A DNA stretch of 38,402 nt. It comes from Methanotrichaceae archaeon. Its GTDB lineage: Archaea; Halobacteriota; Methanosarcinia; Methanotrichales; Methanotrichaceae. The translations under genes and the position numbers were made by a program. Below the pieces are notes generated by a model. It did no database searches. It saw only the letters and a program-made list of their open reading frames with translations, and was not told the DNA's origin. Numbering within the stretch: the first letter of the stretch is position 1; every line of letters begins with the position of its first letter. The DNA lies in NCBI GenBank assembly GCA_963803145.1, contig CAWDLW010000010.1, forward strand, positions 1 through 38,402. Reading direction: 5' to 3'. This document shows, piece after piece, positions 10,075 to 19,641 of the stretch.

Positions 10075-11109
10075 TTATCTCTTATCGTTTATCAGCAAAT
10101 CCTCCAAAGCTCTACGCGGCGTATGTTTTACTGGTTTCGCATAACCCAGGCTGAATAGTATCTGAGGATATCCCTGGCCTGTCATGCGTTTAAGCTCCTC
10201 TCTCAGCTCAGGAACAGCTATAGGCTGGCTGAAGAAGGATGGCCAGATATCATATTTCGTTGCCTTCAGCATATACCTCTCAAGCAAGATTCCGCATCTT
10301 GTCCAGGCCCGCCTTTCATCCCCGTCAGAGCTCATAACGCCTAGAGCTGAGCATCCATTTATCAGCCCTGAGTCGCGGTATATTACTGCCTCGCTGAGAT
10401 CGAACTTCTTGAAGGCAGCTGGAAATCCAAGCGAGACTACGTCAGAGACTCCGAAGGTGTATAGGGGCATGCCATCGGGCTCAGTCGTCCAGTTGTTTCT
10501 GAGCCAGTCGCCTAAATTGCTTCGAAACTCCTTTCTGCTCAGCTGGATATGATGCGAATGTGCAACGATATCTGCCGCCTCAGATTTCATTGCCTTCCCT
10601 GTCAGATAAAACAAGTGAATATGAGGATCATTAATGCAGCCCATAAGGTCGTTCAGCACATCCCAGTTGATATCTCCTGCACCATACTTGTCCTTGACCG
10701 TATGCCTTCGGGTTATCTGGCCGAAAAGATCGTCCTCCCTGGGAGGCCCATTCATGAAATCGACCTTTGCGACGAGGTTGCTTTCAATGTCATCAGGAAA
10801 ATAATCTAATTTGTACAAGAACCCGAAGTGTCTTCCAGCCAGGAGTAAATTTGCAAGAGCGCAGCCTACGCTCATATATAGCGTTCGATTTATAGGATCC
10901 ACGAAGGGTAAAGCCCTCTTTAAGTCAGCATAAACGGAGACCGTATTCCCATCTATGGCGAACTTCCAGGGCTGGCTGTTAGGGCCTGATGGAGCAAGTA
11001 TGGCGTAACGAAGTAAAAACTTCAGCTTTTCCCTTAGATCGCCATCGCTCGGAAAATCTGATTCATTAACATTCCAGGCTTCGAAATTACTGGCGTACGT
11101 TGTGATCAT
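10075..11109 (-). CDS. Acg-family / nitroreductase-like FMN-binding protein
   Basis: YAILAPSGPNSQPW, D-P-x-x-R-x-L-x-x-S-x-G-C-A-L-x-N, ITRRHT and C-terminal TPRR; ATG at 11109 preferred. Confidence 0.8.
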   Translation of the reverse strand: MITTYASNFEAWNVNESDFPSDGDLREKLKFLLRYAILAPSGPNSQPWKFAIDGNTVSVYADLKRALPFVDPINRTLYMSVGCALANLLLAGRHFGFLYKLDYFPDDIESNLVAKVDFMNGPPREDDLFGQITRRHTVKDKYGAGDINWDVLNDLMGCINDPHIHLFYLTGKAMKSEAADIVAHSHHIQLSRKEFRSNLGDWLRNNWTTEPDGMPLYTFGVSDVVSLGFPAAFKKFDLSEAVIYRDSGLINGCSALGVMSSDGDERRAWTRCGILLERYMLKATKYDIWPSFFSQPIAVPELREELKRMTGQGYPQILFSLGYAKPVKHTPRRALEDLLINDKR

Positions 11110-11214
11110 CCCCGAATATCCTGATAAGTTTAAGACCTGAAGGATATAGACTTTATCCAGAATCAAACACTATCTTCTTTTAGATGATGCGATATTTGTT
11201 TGATAGGCTAGATT

Positions 11215-12321
11215 ATGGAGAGCACAGTTTATTTTGCAAGCATTAGATCAAGAAGCGATAAGGACAGCAAGGTGAACAAGATCAGAAGACTCTTTGATGC
11301 TGCCGGCCTCTCGGAGGTAGCAGGGAAGGGAGATCTGACGGCTGTCAAACTGCACTTTGGAGAGAGGGGCAACGATAGCTATGTGAGCCCAGTCCTGGTT
11401 CGGCAAATTGTCGATAAGACGAGAGCGCTCGGCGCCAAGCCTTTTCTGACGGATACAAACACCCTTTACGGTGGAAGCAGGGCAAACTCAGTCGATCATC
11501 TGGCAACAGCAATTGAGCATGGCTTCGATTATGCGGTCGCTGGAGCGCCGCTGATAATAGCAGACGGACTTAACAGCGATTATTACTACGATGTAGAAAT
11601 CAATGGAAAGCACTTCAGGTCGGTCAAAATTGCTGGAGAAATTGCCGCAGCAAACAGCTTGATTGTTGTCTCCCATTTCAAAGCTCATCTCCCTGCAGGC
11701 TTTGGAGGAGCAGTGAAGAACTTGGGGATGGGCTGCGCACCTGCCGCCGGAAAATCCGAGCAGCATTCAGCAAAGCCAATAATTAACCAGGAGCTATGTG
11801 TGGGCTGTAAAAGCTGTGCAGAGAACTGTCCTGTCTCGGCATTAACTGTGAAGGAGAAGATATCGAGAGTGAATTATGAAGTATGCCAGGGCTGCGGAAA
11901 ATGCCTGAGGGTCTGCCCAACGCATGCAATAGACTTCAACTGGTTTGTTGAGCTTCCACCTTTTATGGAGAGGATCGCGGAATATGCTTCAGGTGCTGTG
12001 AAAGAAAAGTTGGGCAAAACAGGATACTTTAACGTTCTCCTGAATATAACACCGGACTGCGACTGTGTGCCCTGGAGCGATGCGCCATTTGTTCCCGATA
12101 TTGGCGTACTGGCATCCAGGGACCCTGTAGCAATCGATCATGCATCCTATGATCTTGTGAACAGGCAAATTGGCCTCGAAAATTCGATGCTTCAGCGAAA
12201 TTATGAGCCTGGAAAAGATAAATTCAAGGGTGTATGGGAGAACACCGATGGACTGATCCAGCTGAGATACGGCGAGAAGATTGGCCTTGGAAATTTTGAT
12301 TATAGGCTTGTTGAGGTGTAA
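11215..12321 (+). CDS. DUF362-domain protein with a 2x[4Fe-4S] ferredoxin domain
   Basis: VKLHFGERGN, SHFKAH-GFGGAVKNLGMGC, two CxxCxxCxxxCP motifs, CDC and DPVAID. Confidence 0.88.
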   Translation: MESTVYFASIRSRSDKDSKVNKIRRLFDAAGLSEVAGKGDLTAVKLHFGERGNDSYVSPVLVRQIVDKTRALGAKPFLTDTNTLYGGSRANSVDHLATAIEHGFDYAVAGAPLIIADGLNSDYYYDVEINGKHFRSVKIAGEIAAANSLIVVSHFKAHLPAGFGGAVKNLGMGCAPAAGKSEQHSAKPIINQELCVGCKSCAENCPVSALTVKEKISRVNYEVCQGCGKCLRVCPTHAIDFNWFVELPPFMERIAEYASGAVKEKLGKTGYFNVLLNITPDCDCVPWSDAPFVPDIGVLASRDPVAIDHASYDLVNRQIGLENSMLQRNYEPGKDKFKGVWENTDGLIQLRYGEKIGLGNFDYRLVEV

Positions 12322-12402
12322 GACTCGATTGATGTGCAATTCGAGAATGAGCTTAAAAGCTTAAATTTATTAGGCAATTAGCTAAAAGAAGAACAATAAT
12401 TA

Positions 12403-13173
12403 TTAATCGGCCTTTTCAAGCTCAAGGCCCTCGACTCTCCGTGGATTAGTGTATATATTCATCCTTTTTCCGCGTGCAAACCCAATGATCGAAAGTCCTG
12501 TCCTCTCAGCTATGGATATAGCCAGGCTTGTAGTGGCCCCTCTTGAGGCAATGATTGGGATACCAGCCACGGAGCATTTGAGTGCCATATCTGATGATAT
12601 TCTGCCTGTGGATGCGGCAAAGGTCTCGCTGAAGTTTGTGCCTTGGATGAGGCTGTAGCCTATGATCTTGTCCAGGGCGTTATGCCTTCCTATATCTTCG
12701 GATATGTGTATGGCCCCATCTTTGCCGAATAATCCAACCGAGTGGACTCCGCCAGTTGATTCGTGCAGTTTCGATTGGGATATAGCCTTCATGGCTTTGT
12801 AGATTTCTTCCCTCTCAATTTTCTTATCGGATCTGATCTCAGTGAGCTTAGACTCGTCAAGAAACGAGGAGATTCCTCCACAACCGCTCACAATTGGCCT
12901 TCTGGGAAGTATAGTCCTCATTGGATTCGTAACTATTGCTCTTGCAACGTTGCCTTCGATCTCCAGGGACTCAATCTCACTTGCGCCGCTCACGATCCTC
13001 TCTGAAAACAGATGGCCGATGACGAACTCCCTTCTCATAGCTGGGCTGATCATGGCAGTCACGAAATGCCGTCCATTGATGAAAATGGATAGCGGAACCT
13101 CTTCCACTACATCGTGCTTCGATCTCTCTGTCTTATCGCCATCAAGCTTCAGGCAGGGGAATTCCTTGAACAT
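12403..13173 (-). CDS. fdhD: Formate dehydrogenase accessory sulfurtransferase
   Basis: VVEEVPL, SGCG catalytic-Cys loop, TGGVH, EDIGRHNALDK, TGRISS and GFAR. Confidence 0.93.
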   Translation of the reverse strand: MFKEFPCLKLDGDKTERSKHDVVEEVPLSIFINGRHFVTAMISPAMRREFVIGHLFSERIVSGASEIESLEIEGNVARAIVTNPMRTILPRRPIVSGCGGISSFLDESKLTEIRSDKKIEREEIYKAMKAISQSKLHESTGGVHSVGLFGKDGAIHISEDIGRHNALDKIIGYSLIQGTNFSETFAASTGRISSDMALKCSVAGIPIIASRGATTSLAISIAERTGLSIIGFARGKRMNIYTNPRRVEGLELEKAD

Positions 13174-14355
13174 CTAAGCTACCTTAGTAATGAGTTCAAT
13201 CGCATCCAGGAACCTTTCGACTTCTTCCTCGGTATTGTAAATATAAAGTGAGGCTCTGACTGTTCCATGTTTAAGGCCTAAGTATTTCATCAGAGGAATA
13301 CAGCAGTGATGCCCCGATCTTACAAGTATGTTCGAGGTCTCATCAAGCATAAGCGCGACCTCATGTGGCTCCAGGCCATTGATATTGAAGGATATCACAC
13401 CGCCTCTATCCTTAATATCGTTTGGGCCGTAGATTTCCACGTTCTCAATCTCCTCAAGGCCTATAAGCAACCTGGAAGTCAACTGTGACTCATGAGCTTT
13501 TATCTTATCTATCCCTATCTCCTTCAGATAATCTACTGCGGTCCCTAGACCAATGCCTCCGGAGATATTTGGCGTGCCAGCCTCGAATCCTTCATAGCCG
13601 CTCTTTCTTTCGTATCCATCTGAGGAGACATCTTCTATCATGCCGCCTCCAACCATGAGCGGCTCAATGTTTTCATTTCTCATCCAGAGAACTCCAGTAC
13701 CTGTTGGCCCGAGCATCTTGTGGCCGGAGAAGCATAGAAAATCACAAGCCAGGTCCTTTACATTCACTGGCATATGTGGAATTGATTGTGCGCCGTCGAC
13801 AAGAAGCATCGCACCTTTATCTTTGCAGATTCCTGAGATCTCTTTGACCGGAAGAACAGTGCCAAGCACATTCGAGATCTGGCTTACAGCCACCAGCTTA
13901 GTTTTGCCGTCTATTGCCTTTTCGAAATCGGATAGATCAAGGCTCCCTTTTTCATCCGATTTTACAACCTCAAGCTCTATGCCATGCTTTCTCAGCCTCA
14001 TCCAAGGAAGGAGGTTGGAATGATGCTCGATAATTGTGGTAACGATTTTATCATTTCTTTTCCAATTGAGGCCACAGGCCACTATATTAATAGATTCAGT
14101 TGTATTTTTGGTAAATACAGTTGTGCCCTGGCCGGCTCCTATGAGGCTGGCAACCTTCTTATGGGCATCTCTATATCTCTGATCGGCTATTTGGGCAAGG
14201 CTATAAACTCCTCGGCCCACATTTGCCCTGTATCCCCTGTAATAATCGAGAACGGACTTAAGGACTGGTTCAGGAGTCAGGCTTGTAGAGGCGCTGTCCA
14301 TGTAGATGATGTCTTTCAAGATGGGGAAATCAGCCCTTATTTTTGAGACATCCAT
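13174..14355 (-). CDS. sufS: Cysteine desulfurase, SufS-like (group II)
   Basis: YMDSAST, EHHSN, DGAQ, SGHKMLGPTG, EAGTP and RSGHHC. Confidence 0.92.
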   Translation of the reverse strand: MDVSKIRADFPILKDIIYMDSASTSLTPEPVLKSVLDYYRGYRANVGRGVYSLAQIADQRYRDAHKKVASLIGAGQGTTVFTKNTTESINIVACGLNWKRNDKIVTTIIEHHSNLLPWMRLRKHGIELEVVKSDEKGSLDLSDFEKAIDGKTKLVAVSQISNVLGTVLPVKEISGICKDKGAMLLVDGAQSIPHMPVNVKDLACDFLCFSGHKMLGPTGTGVLWMRNENIEPLMVGGGMIEDVSSDGYERKSGYEGFEAGTPNISGGIGLGTAVDYLKEIGIDKIKAHESQLTSRLLIGLEEIENVEIYGPNDIKDRGGVISFNINGLEPHEVALMLDETSNILVRSGHHCCIPLMKYLGLKHGTVRASLYIYNTEEEVERFLDAIELITKVA

Positions 14356-14406
14356 AAAACCTAGTTCATGCTCCCGTATTAAGAAAGCTTTCCCAACAGA
14401 GGCTGC

Positions 14407-15219
14407 TTATTTTTGAGGCGTTCCCAAAGCATCATTCATGCTTCCACTTCTGAAGCCTTCAAGGTCGAGGGCAATGTACTTGAAACCGATTTTTTTAAGT
14501 TCTCTAACGATCTTCTCTCTTTCGCTGAGGGCTTTATTCATATCCTCCTTCAAGACCTCTATTCGAGCTATATCGCCATGAGCCCTGACCCTGAGCTGCA
14601 CAAAGCCCAAGCTTCTCAGCAGATCCTCTGCATCCTCCACCATCTTCAGCTTTTCAAGAGTAATCTTATCCCCATAAGGCATACGCGACGCCATACAAGC
14701 CGATGAAGGCTTACTCCAGAATGGGAGACCCATACTTCTGGAAATCTCACGAATCTCCTCCTTGGATATCTGAGAGTCAACGAAAGGATGCCATATATTT
14801 TCCTCGTCACAGGCAATAATTCCCGGCCTGTAATCTTTATAATCTGTCAGGTTGACTCCATCAGCTATAGCAGAGAATCCTCCTTCGGATGCAATCTCTT
14901 TCAGGATCATTGCGGCTTCCTTTTTGCAGATGTAGCACCTTGTTGGAGGATTTGCTGTAAATTCAGGATTTGTGAGGGCCGTGTATTTTGCAATTTGATA
15001 ATTCAATCCCAATGATTCCGCCAACTCGACTGCATGCGTGAGCTCGCTCCTTGCCATCGTTTCAGAGTCGAGTATCACACAAAGCGCGTTATCTCCAAGA
15101 ACATCCATGGCAACTTTCGCCAGAAGGCTGCTATCGACGCCACCTGAATATGCAACCAGAAGTCTTCCCTTCTCTGCAATTCTCCGCTTTAAATCTTCGA
15201 GCTTATTCAGTCGGTCCAT
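14407..15219 (-). CDS. larE: ATP-dependent sulfur transferase LarE (PP-loop), CxxC-C type
   Basis: AYSGGVDS, RCYICK, DYRPG, SACMASR, QLRVRAH and DLEGFRSGSMN. Confidence 0.92.
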   Translation of the reverse strand: MDRLNKLEDLKRRIAEKGRLLVAYSGGVDSSLLAKVAMDVLGDNALCVILDSETMARSELTHAVELAESLGLNYQIAKYTALTNPEFTANPPTRCYICKKEAAMILKEIASEGGFSAIADGVNLTDYKDYRPGIIACDEENIWHPFVDSQISKEEIREISRSMGLPFWSKPSSACMASRMPYGDKITLEKLKMVEDAEDLLRSLGFVQLRVRAHGDIARIEVLKEDMNKALSEREKIVRELKKIGFKYIALDLEGFRSGSMNDALGTPQK

Positions 15220-15341
15220 CTCCGCCTCCTCTTTTGGATGGCGTCATGTTGATAATCATAACAAAATAATATTCGATCCGCTTTAATTTCGATTTTTCTA
15301 ACACTGCAATGCAAAACTGAGCAAATTTTGATAATTTTAGA

Positions 15342-15662
15342 TCACTTACACCGACTAGTGCAGCAGGCGGTCTCATCTTCTTGCAGGCTTTTGCATATCT
15401 CACAGATGCGGGCAGTCAGGTCATCTACCTTCTTTTCTATCAGGTCATCTGCCAGCCTTCCTATTGCAGCCCTGATATCTTCCCTGAACTCAATATTATA
15501 GCCTCTCTTCTTGGAGACATACTGAGATACCGCAGGCGGGGTGATTCCAAGAATTATTGAAACCTCCTTCTGAGACTGTCCTCGTTTAACAAGCTCTTCT
15601 GCGATTGCCGCTCTGATGCCTGGCAGCACATCCCATACGATCTCTTCACATGGCGATTTCAT
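15342..15662 (-). CDS. Archaeal HTH transcription regulator (COG2522-like) with Cys-rich C-terminus
   Basis: PCE...LPGIRAAIAEEL, SQKEVS..LGITPPAVSQY HTH, CEIC and CC motifs. Confidence 0.85.
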   Translation of the reverse strand: MKSPCEEIVWDVLPGIRAAIAEELVKRGQSQKEVSIILGITPPAVSQYVSKKRGYNIEFREDIRAAIGRLADDLIEKKVDDLTARICEICKSLQEDETACCTSRCK

Positions 15663-15847
15663 CTCATTATGACCTTATCCTTTGATAATAGTGGCAACGG
15701 GGCCCGAATTACAATCGTTAACTAAATTCCTGCTCACTAATATTCCTTGCCTGACGTATATGAATAAATAGCTTGCCTATCTTCGAGTGAATTTTGAAGC
15801 TATTGGTAATGACCGAAGTACAAAAAATTAAAATGCAAAGGGAACTC

Positions 15848-16894
15848 TCAGCTTTTCTCCAGCCCTTCGAAGAACACTGGCCAGAACGGGTCCTGCTTTG
15901 GTATCTCTAGCTGATCGATATGCCCATCGAGCCTCTTCATTATTCCCGCTTTTGGATCATCAGTAACCTTTCCGATGACTGATGCATTTATCCCTGCGGA
16001 CTTCAATCTCGAAAGGATCTCTGCCGAGTTGGCGTGATCTGCAGTGATCAACAGAGTTCCCTCTGCTATTGCGGCGACTGGGTCGATATTGAATGCCTCG
16101 CAGACCATTCTGACCTCCTCAGGATAAACGAATAACGATTCATCTATCTCCATGCCGACGCCGCTTGCATTAGCGATCTCGAAGAGACCACCTATCACGC
16201 CTCCTTCTGTTGCATCGTGCATAGCATGAACTCCGACGATTGAGGCAATCATAGCATCCTTTACAACTGTCATCTGCTTACAAAGTGCCTTGGCTTTCTC
16301 TACAAGCGATGACGGATATCTCTCCAGAAGTTCCCTTTCCCTTATCACTGCCAGGATGCCTGTAGTCTCAATCGCCGGTCCCTTGGTCATGATCACATCA
16401 TCGCCTGGTTTTGCTCCTGCTGGGGTGACATAGCTATCTTTATCTGATACGGCAAAGACTGTAACGCCGCCTATTGTTGGCGCGGCGAATCCCGGGTAAT
16501 ATCCAGTATGTCCGCCGACGATGGCGATATCAAGCTCAAGGGCAGCCTCATGAATGGCATTCACAATGGTCCTGAAGTCGTTGTCCTTTGTATCGGGGGG
16601 CATCAGGAGAGAGTAGGTCATATACCGGGGCTTAACGCCCATGACCGCGACATCGCTTGCGCCGATGTGGACAGTATACCAGCCAAACATCTCCCAGGGC
16701 TGCTTTGGTATGGCAAGTATCGGATCCTCTGCGATTATCAGTACCTTATCGTTGCCTATATCAATAACAGCTGAATCTACTCCTGTTAGCGGCGGCACAA
16801 TAACCGTTTCATCCTTCTTGCCGAGACGCCTTAGAAGAAATGAGTCGAATGTATCGAGATCAATCTTGCCTATCTTTGGCTTATCGTTCCCCAT
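15848..16894 (-). CDS. AIR-synthase (PurM/HypE/ThiL) superfamily protein
   Basis: GVDSAV, EDP, SDVAVMG, IVGGHT, AKPGD and AMHDATEGG motifs. Confidence 0.88.
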   Translation of the reverse strand: MGNDKPKIGKIDLDTFDSFLLRRLGKKDETVIVPPLTGVDSAVIDIGNDKVLIIAEDPILAIPKQPWEMFGWYTVHIGASDVAVMGVKPRYMTYSLLMPPDTKDNDFRTIVNAIHEAALELDIAIVGGHTGYYPGFAAPTIGGVTVFAVSDKDSYVTPAGAKPGDDVIMTKGPAIETTGILAVIRERELLERYPSSLVEKAKALCKQMTVVKDAMIASIVGVHAMHDATEGGVIGGLFEIANASGVGMEIDESLFVYPEEVRMVCEAFNIDPVAAIAEGTLLITADHANSAEILSRLKSAGINASVIGKVTDDPKAGIMKRLDGHIDQLEIPKQDPFWPVFFEGLEKS

Positions 16895-17468
16895 TGTAGA
16901 GCCTCGCTATCTCGCAGACTTGCTCTGCTACAACGATCGGATCTTCTCCGATGAGGACTGATACTGGCTCCTTGCCAATAGCTCCTGTCTCATAGAAGAC
17001 CTTTGGCACGTGGCCTCCTGCGGCATCTATTGCAGCCTTTACCTTCCATGGCATTGATGCTCCTTCAGTCTCCTTGATATCCTCAGGCTCATTTCTGCGG
17101 TCGATTACGCTGAAGACCCAGCCCTTGGATCTGCAGTAGCCTTCAAGCCATTTCGCAATCTTGGGATCATTTGCGAAGTCCATTCCTGCCCGAATAGATG
17201 GATCAACCTTTCTAATCTCTATGATCAATCGAGCCATATGGCTTGATGCCCCGAACCTCGGCTTGCCGGCGGCATGGGGCATGCCGTCTGCGACAGTTAT
17301 TCGGCCGTCGATTGCTAGGACATCATTTCTGGTCACAGCATCGGGAGAAGCATAAACTAAATTGGTCCTGACTTCTGGGATCATGGCTGAGAACTCCCTA
17401 CATCTCTCGATTATCTCCAGGGCTACAGCCATCCTCCCGTGCATCTCTACTTTATCATCGAGCTTCAT
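16881..17468 (-). CDS. thiN: Stand-alone ThiN-family (thiamine-phosphate synthase) domain protein
   Basis: IPEVRTN, DGRI, FGASSHMAR, EGASMPW and GKEP motifs; overlaps the next gene by 14 nt. Confidence 0.8.
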   Translation of the reverse strand: MKLDDKVEMHGRMAVALEIIERCREFSAMIPEVRTNLVYASPDAVTRNDVLAIDGRITVADGMPHAAGKPRFGASSHMARLIIEIRKVDPSIRAGMDFANDPKIAKWLEGYCRSKGWVFSVIDRRNEPEDIKETEGASMPWKVKAAIDAAGGHVPKVFYETGAIGKEPVSVLIGEDPIVVAEQVCEIARLYNGER

Positions 17469-17530
17469 TCATCTGCCTCTTGAAGTCGAAAGGATCGATT
17501 TAAGGATAAGTAATGATCGCTGATAGTAAT

Positions 17531-17605
17531 GATGGTAGTTAATGGTAGTATTTGATGGAAGCAATTAATGAACGTGGTTAATTGTAGTAGTTGATGGCAA
17601 TAGCA
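17531..17605. repeat. Degenerate ~13-bp tandem repeat (consensus about RATGGTAGTAGTT)
   Basis: Units aatggtagtattt (17541), gatggaagcaatt (17554), aatgaacgtggtt (17567), aattgtagtagtt (17580), gatggcaatagca (17593), preceded by a shorter gatggtagtt. Confidence 0.45.
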
Positions 17606-17609
17606 ATCG

Positions 17610-18572
17610 CTATGCTTTCTCTTTGTGCAATTTCTGCTGTTCTTCAAAGCGATCCCAGTTCCATGGCTCGTCTAGGACCTTTACCTCAACGCGTTTGATG
17701 CCATTTAGCCCCTCTACACGGCGTTTGACCTGCTCTGTAAGGTGATCCACAAGGGGGCAGGCATGTGTTGTCAAAACCATGTCTATTTCAGCGCTATCAT
17801 CTTTCACGACTATATCCTTGATCAGCCCCAAATCAACGATATCGATCCCGACCTCAGGATCTATTACATCCCGAAGCGCCTCCCTGATCTCATCCTCCAT
17901 CGCAATCACAGCCTTTATCTTCTCGGCCTCCGGCCAGGGCATTGATTTCTCCATAGACCTAAGTCGCTCTTCGAGCCTGTTCTGCCTATCGAGCAATCGG
18001 CTCACGACCCTCAGCATGGGATCAGGAAGGTTGCCATAATCGAGATCCGTCTTAGTTGAGGGGCATTCAGGCTCAGCGATCCTCCCAGGAACGCCTACAA
18101 CTGTAGCACCAGCGGGAACAGGTCTCACGACAACAGATCCTGCACCGATCTTGGCACCTCTGCCAACAGTTATCGGCCCCAGAATGATCGAACCTGCACC
18201 AATGACAACTCCATCCTCTATTGTGGGGTGGCGCTTAATTTTCTCAAGGCTGGTTCCGCCCAAGACTGTGCCCATGTACATCAGCACGTCGTTTCCGATC
18301 TCGGCGGTCTCGCCAATAACTACGCCCATGCCGTGATCAATGAAGAACCTCCTTCCGATCATCGCACCTGGGTGGATCTCAACGCCCGTAAGAAAGCGGG
18401 AGATATGGGATGTGAGCCTTGCGAGGAGTTTGAGATTATGGACCCAGAGGAAATGAGATAGCCTGTGTATCCAGGGGGCGTGAAGTCCAGGATAGCATGT
18501 GATGACTTCCAAGGTTGATCTTGCTGCTGGATCCTTTGCAAATACAGTCTGGATATCCTCTCTGATGCGCAT
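17610..18572 (-). CDS. cysE: Serine O-acetyltransferase fused to a C-terminal DUF59 (SufT/MIP18) domain
   Basis: [29 protein letters not shown] and hexapeptide repeats; then [14 protein letters not shown]...TTHACP...PW (DUF59). Confidence 0.92.
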   Translation of the reverse strand: MRIREDIQTVFAKDPAARSTLEVITCYPGLHAPWIHRLSHFLWVHNLKLLARLTSHISRFLTGVEIHPGAMIGRRFFIDHGMGVVIGETAEIGNDVLMYMGTVLGGTSLEKIKRHPTIEDGVVIGAGSIILGPITVGRGAKIGAGSVVVRPVPAGATVVGVPGRIAEPECPSTKTDLDYGNLPDPMLRVVSRLLDRQNRLEERLRSMEKSMPWPEAEKIKAVIAMEDEIREALRDVIDPEVGIDIVDLGLIKDIVVKDDSAEIDMVLTTHACPLVDHLTEQVKRRVEGLNGIKRVEVKVLDEPWNWDRFEEQQKLHKEKA

Positions 18573-18588
18573 AATTTTGGCATACCTC

Positions 18589-19515
18589 TCAAAATTCGAA
18601 CAGCTCTGTGCTTAGATATCTCTCACCTGTATCGGGCAATATTACAACTATCATTTTGCCAATATTTTCGGGGCGACTTGCAACATGAAGTGCAGCCCAT
18701 GTTGCGGCGCCTGAAGAGATGCCCACGAGGATGCCCTCCTCTTTGGCAAGTCTGCGAGCGGTTGTAAAGGCATCTTCGTTTTTAACTGGGATAACCTCAT
18801 CTACGAGATCGAGCCTGAGGACCTCCGGTACAAAGCCTGCGCCGATTCCCTGGATCTTGTGCGGTCCTGGCTTTCCTCCCTCAAGAACAGGCGAGGCAGC
18901 AGGTTCGACTGCGACGGCCTTAAAATCCGGCTTTCTGGACTTGATAACCTCAGACACGCCAGTAATCGTTCCGCCTGTACCAACGCCTGCAACTAGGATG
19001 TCAACCTTGCCGTCAGTATCCCGCCAGATTTCCTCGGCAGTTGTCTTGCGGTGTATATTTGGGTTGGCGGGATTTCTGAACTGCTGGGGAATGTAATAGT
19101 AGCGCGGATCCTTGGCAAGCATTTCCTCTGCAGTGCTCACGGCGCCCTTCATTCCCTGAGGCCCAGGGGTCAGCACAAGATCGGCTCCCAGAGCCTTGAG
19201 GAGCTTTCGCCTCTCAATCGACATAGTCTCAGGCATTACAAGGGTAAGCTTATAGCCACGGGAAGCGCAGACAAATGCTAACGCTATTCCCGTATTTCCG
19301 CTGGTCGGCTCAAGGATTATGGTATCCGGCTTGATATGTCCTGCCCGTTCAGCTGACTCGATCATTGCAACGCCGATTCTATCCTTAACACTTGATAGAG
19401 GGTTGAAGGATTCGATCTTTGCTACAACCGTTGCATCAAGCCCTTTTGTGATTCTATTCAGCCTGACAAGTGGCGTGTTGCCTACGGTTTTAGTGAGATC
19501 CTCGTAGATTCTCAT
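18589..19515 (-). CDS. cysK: Cysteine synthase A
   Basis: GNTPLV, SVKDRI (PLP Lys), PTSGNTG, GVGTGGT, HKIQGIG and DTGERYLST; ATG at 19515. Confidence 0.96.
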   Translation of the reverse strand: MRIYEDLTKTVGNTPLVRLNRITKGLDATVVAKIESFNPLSSVKDRIGVAMIESAERAGHIKPDTIILEPTSGNTGIALAFVCASRGYKLTLVMPETMSIERRKLLKALGADLVLTPGPQGMKGAVSTAEEMLAKDPRYYYIPQQFRNPANPNIHRKTTAEEIWRDTDGKVDILVAGVGTGGTITGVSEVIKSRKPDFKAVAVEPAASPVLEGGKPGPHKIQGIGAGFVPEVLRLDLVDEVIPVKNEDAFTTARRLAKEEGILVGISSGAATWAALHVASRPENIGKMIVVILPDTGERYLSTELFEF

Positions 19516-19613
19516 AGTTTGCCTCTCATCATCTTCGGAAATTCTATTACTACTATCAGGTGATAACTTTGCGATCCATCTTTCGCCATTCACAATTGTT
19601 AACCAGATTACGG

Positions 19614-19628
19614 TATATAAATATTCGC
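19614..19628 (-). promoter_or_regulatory. Probable BRE/TATA promoter of the cysK operon
   Basis: Minus strand reads GCGAATA-TTTATATA about 100 bp upstream of cysK. Confidence 0.45.
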
Positions 19629-19641
19629 AATTCGGCATCTT

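Noticed and set aside
17522-17605. CRISPR-like array
   Set aside because: Units are short, degenerate and unspaced; no cas genes are present.
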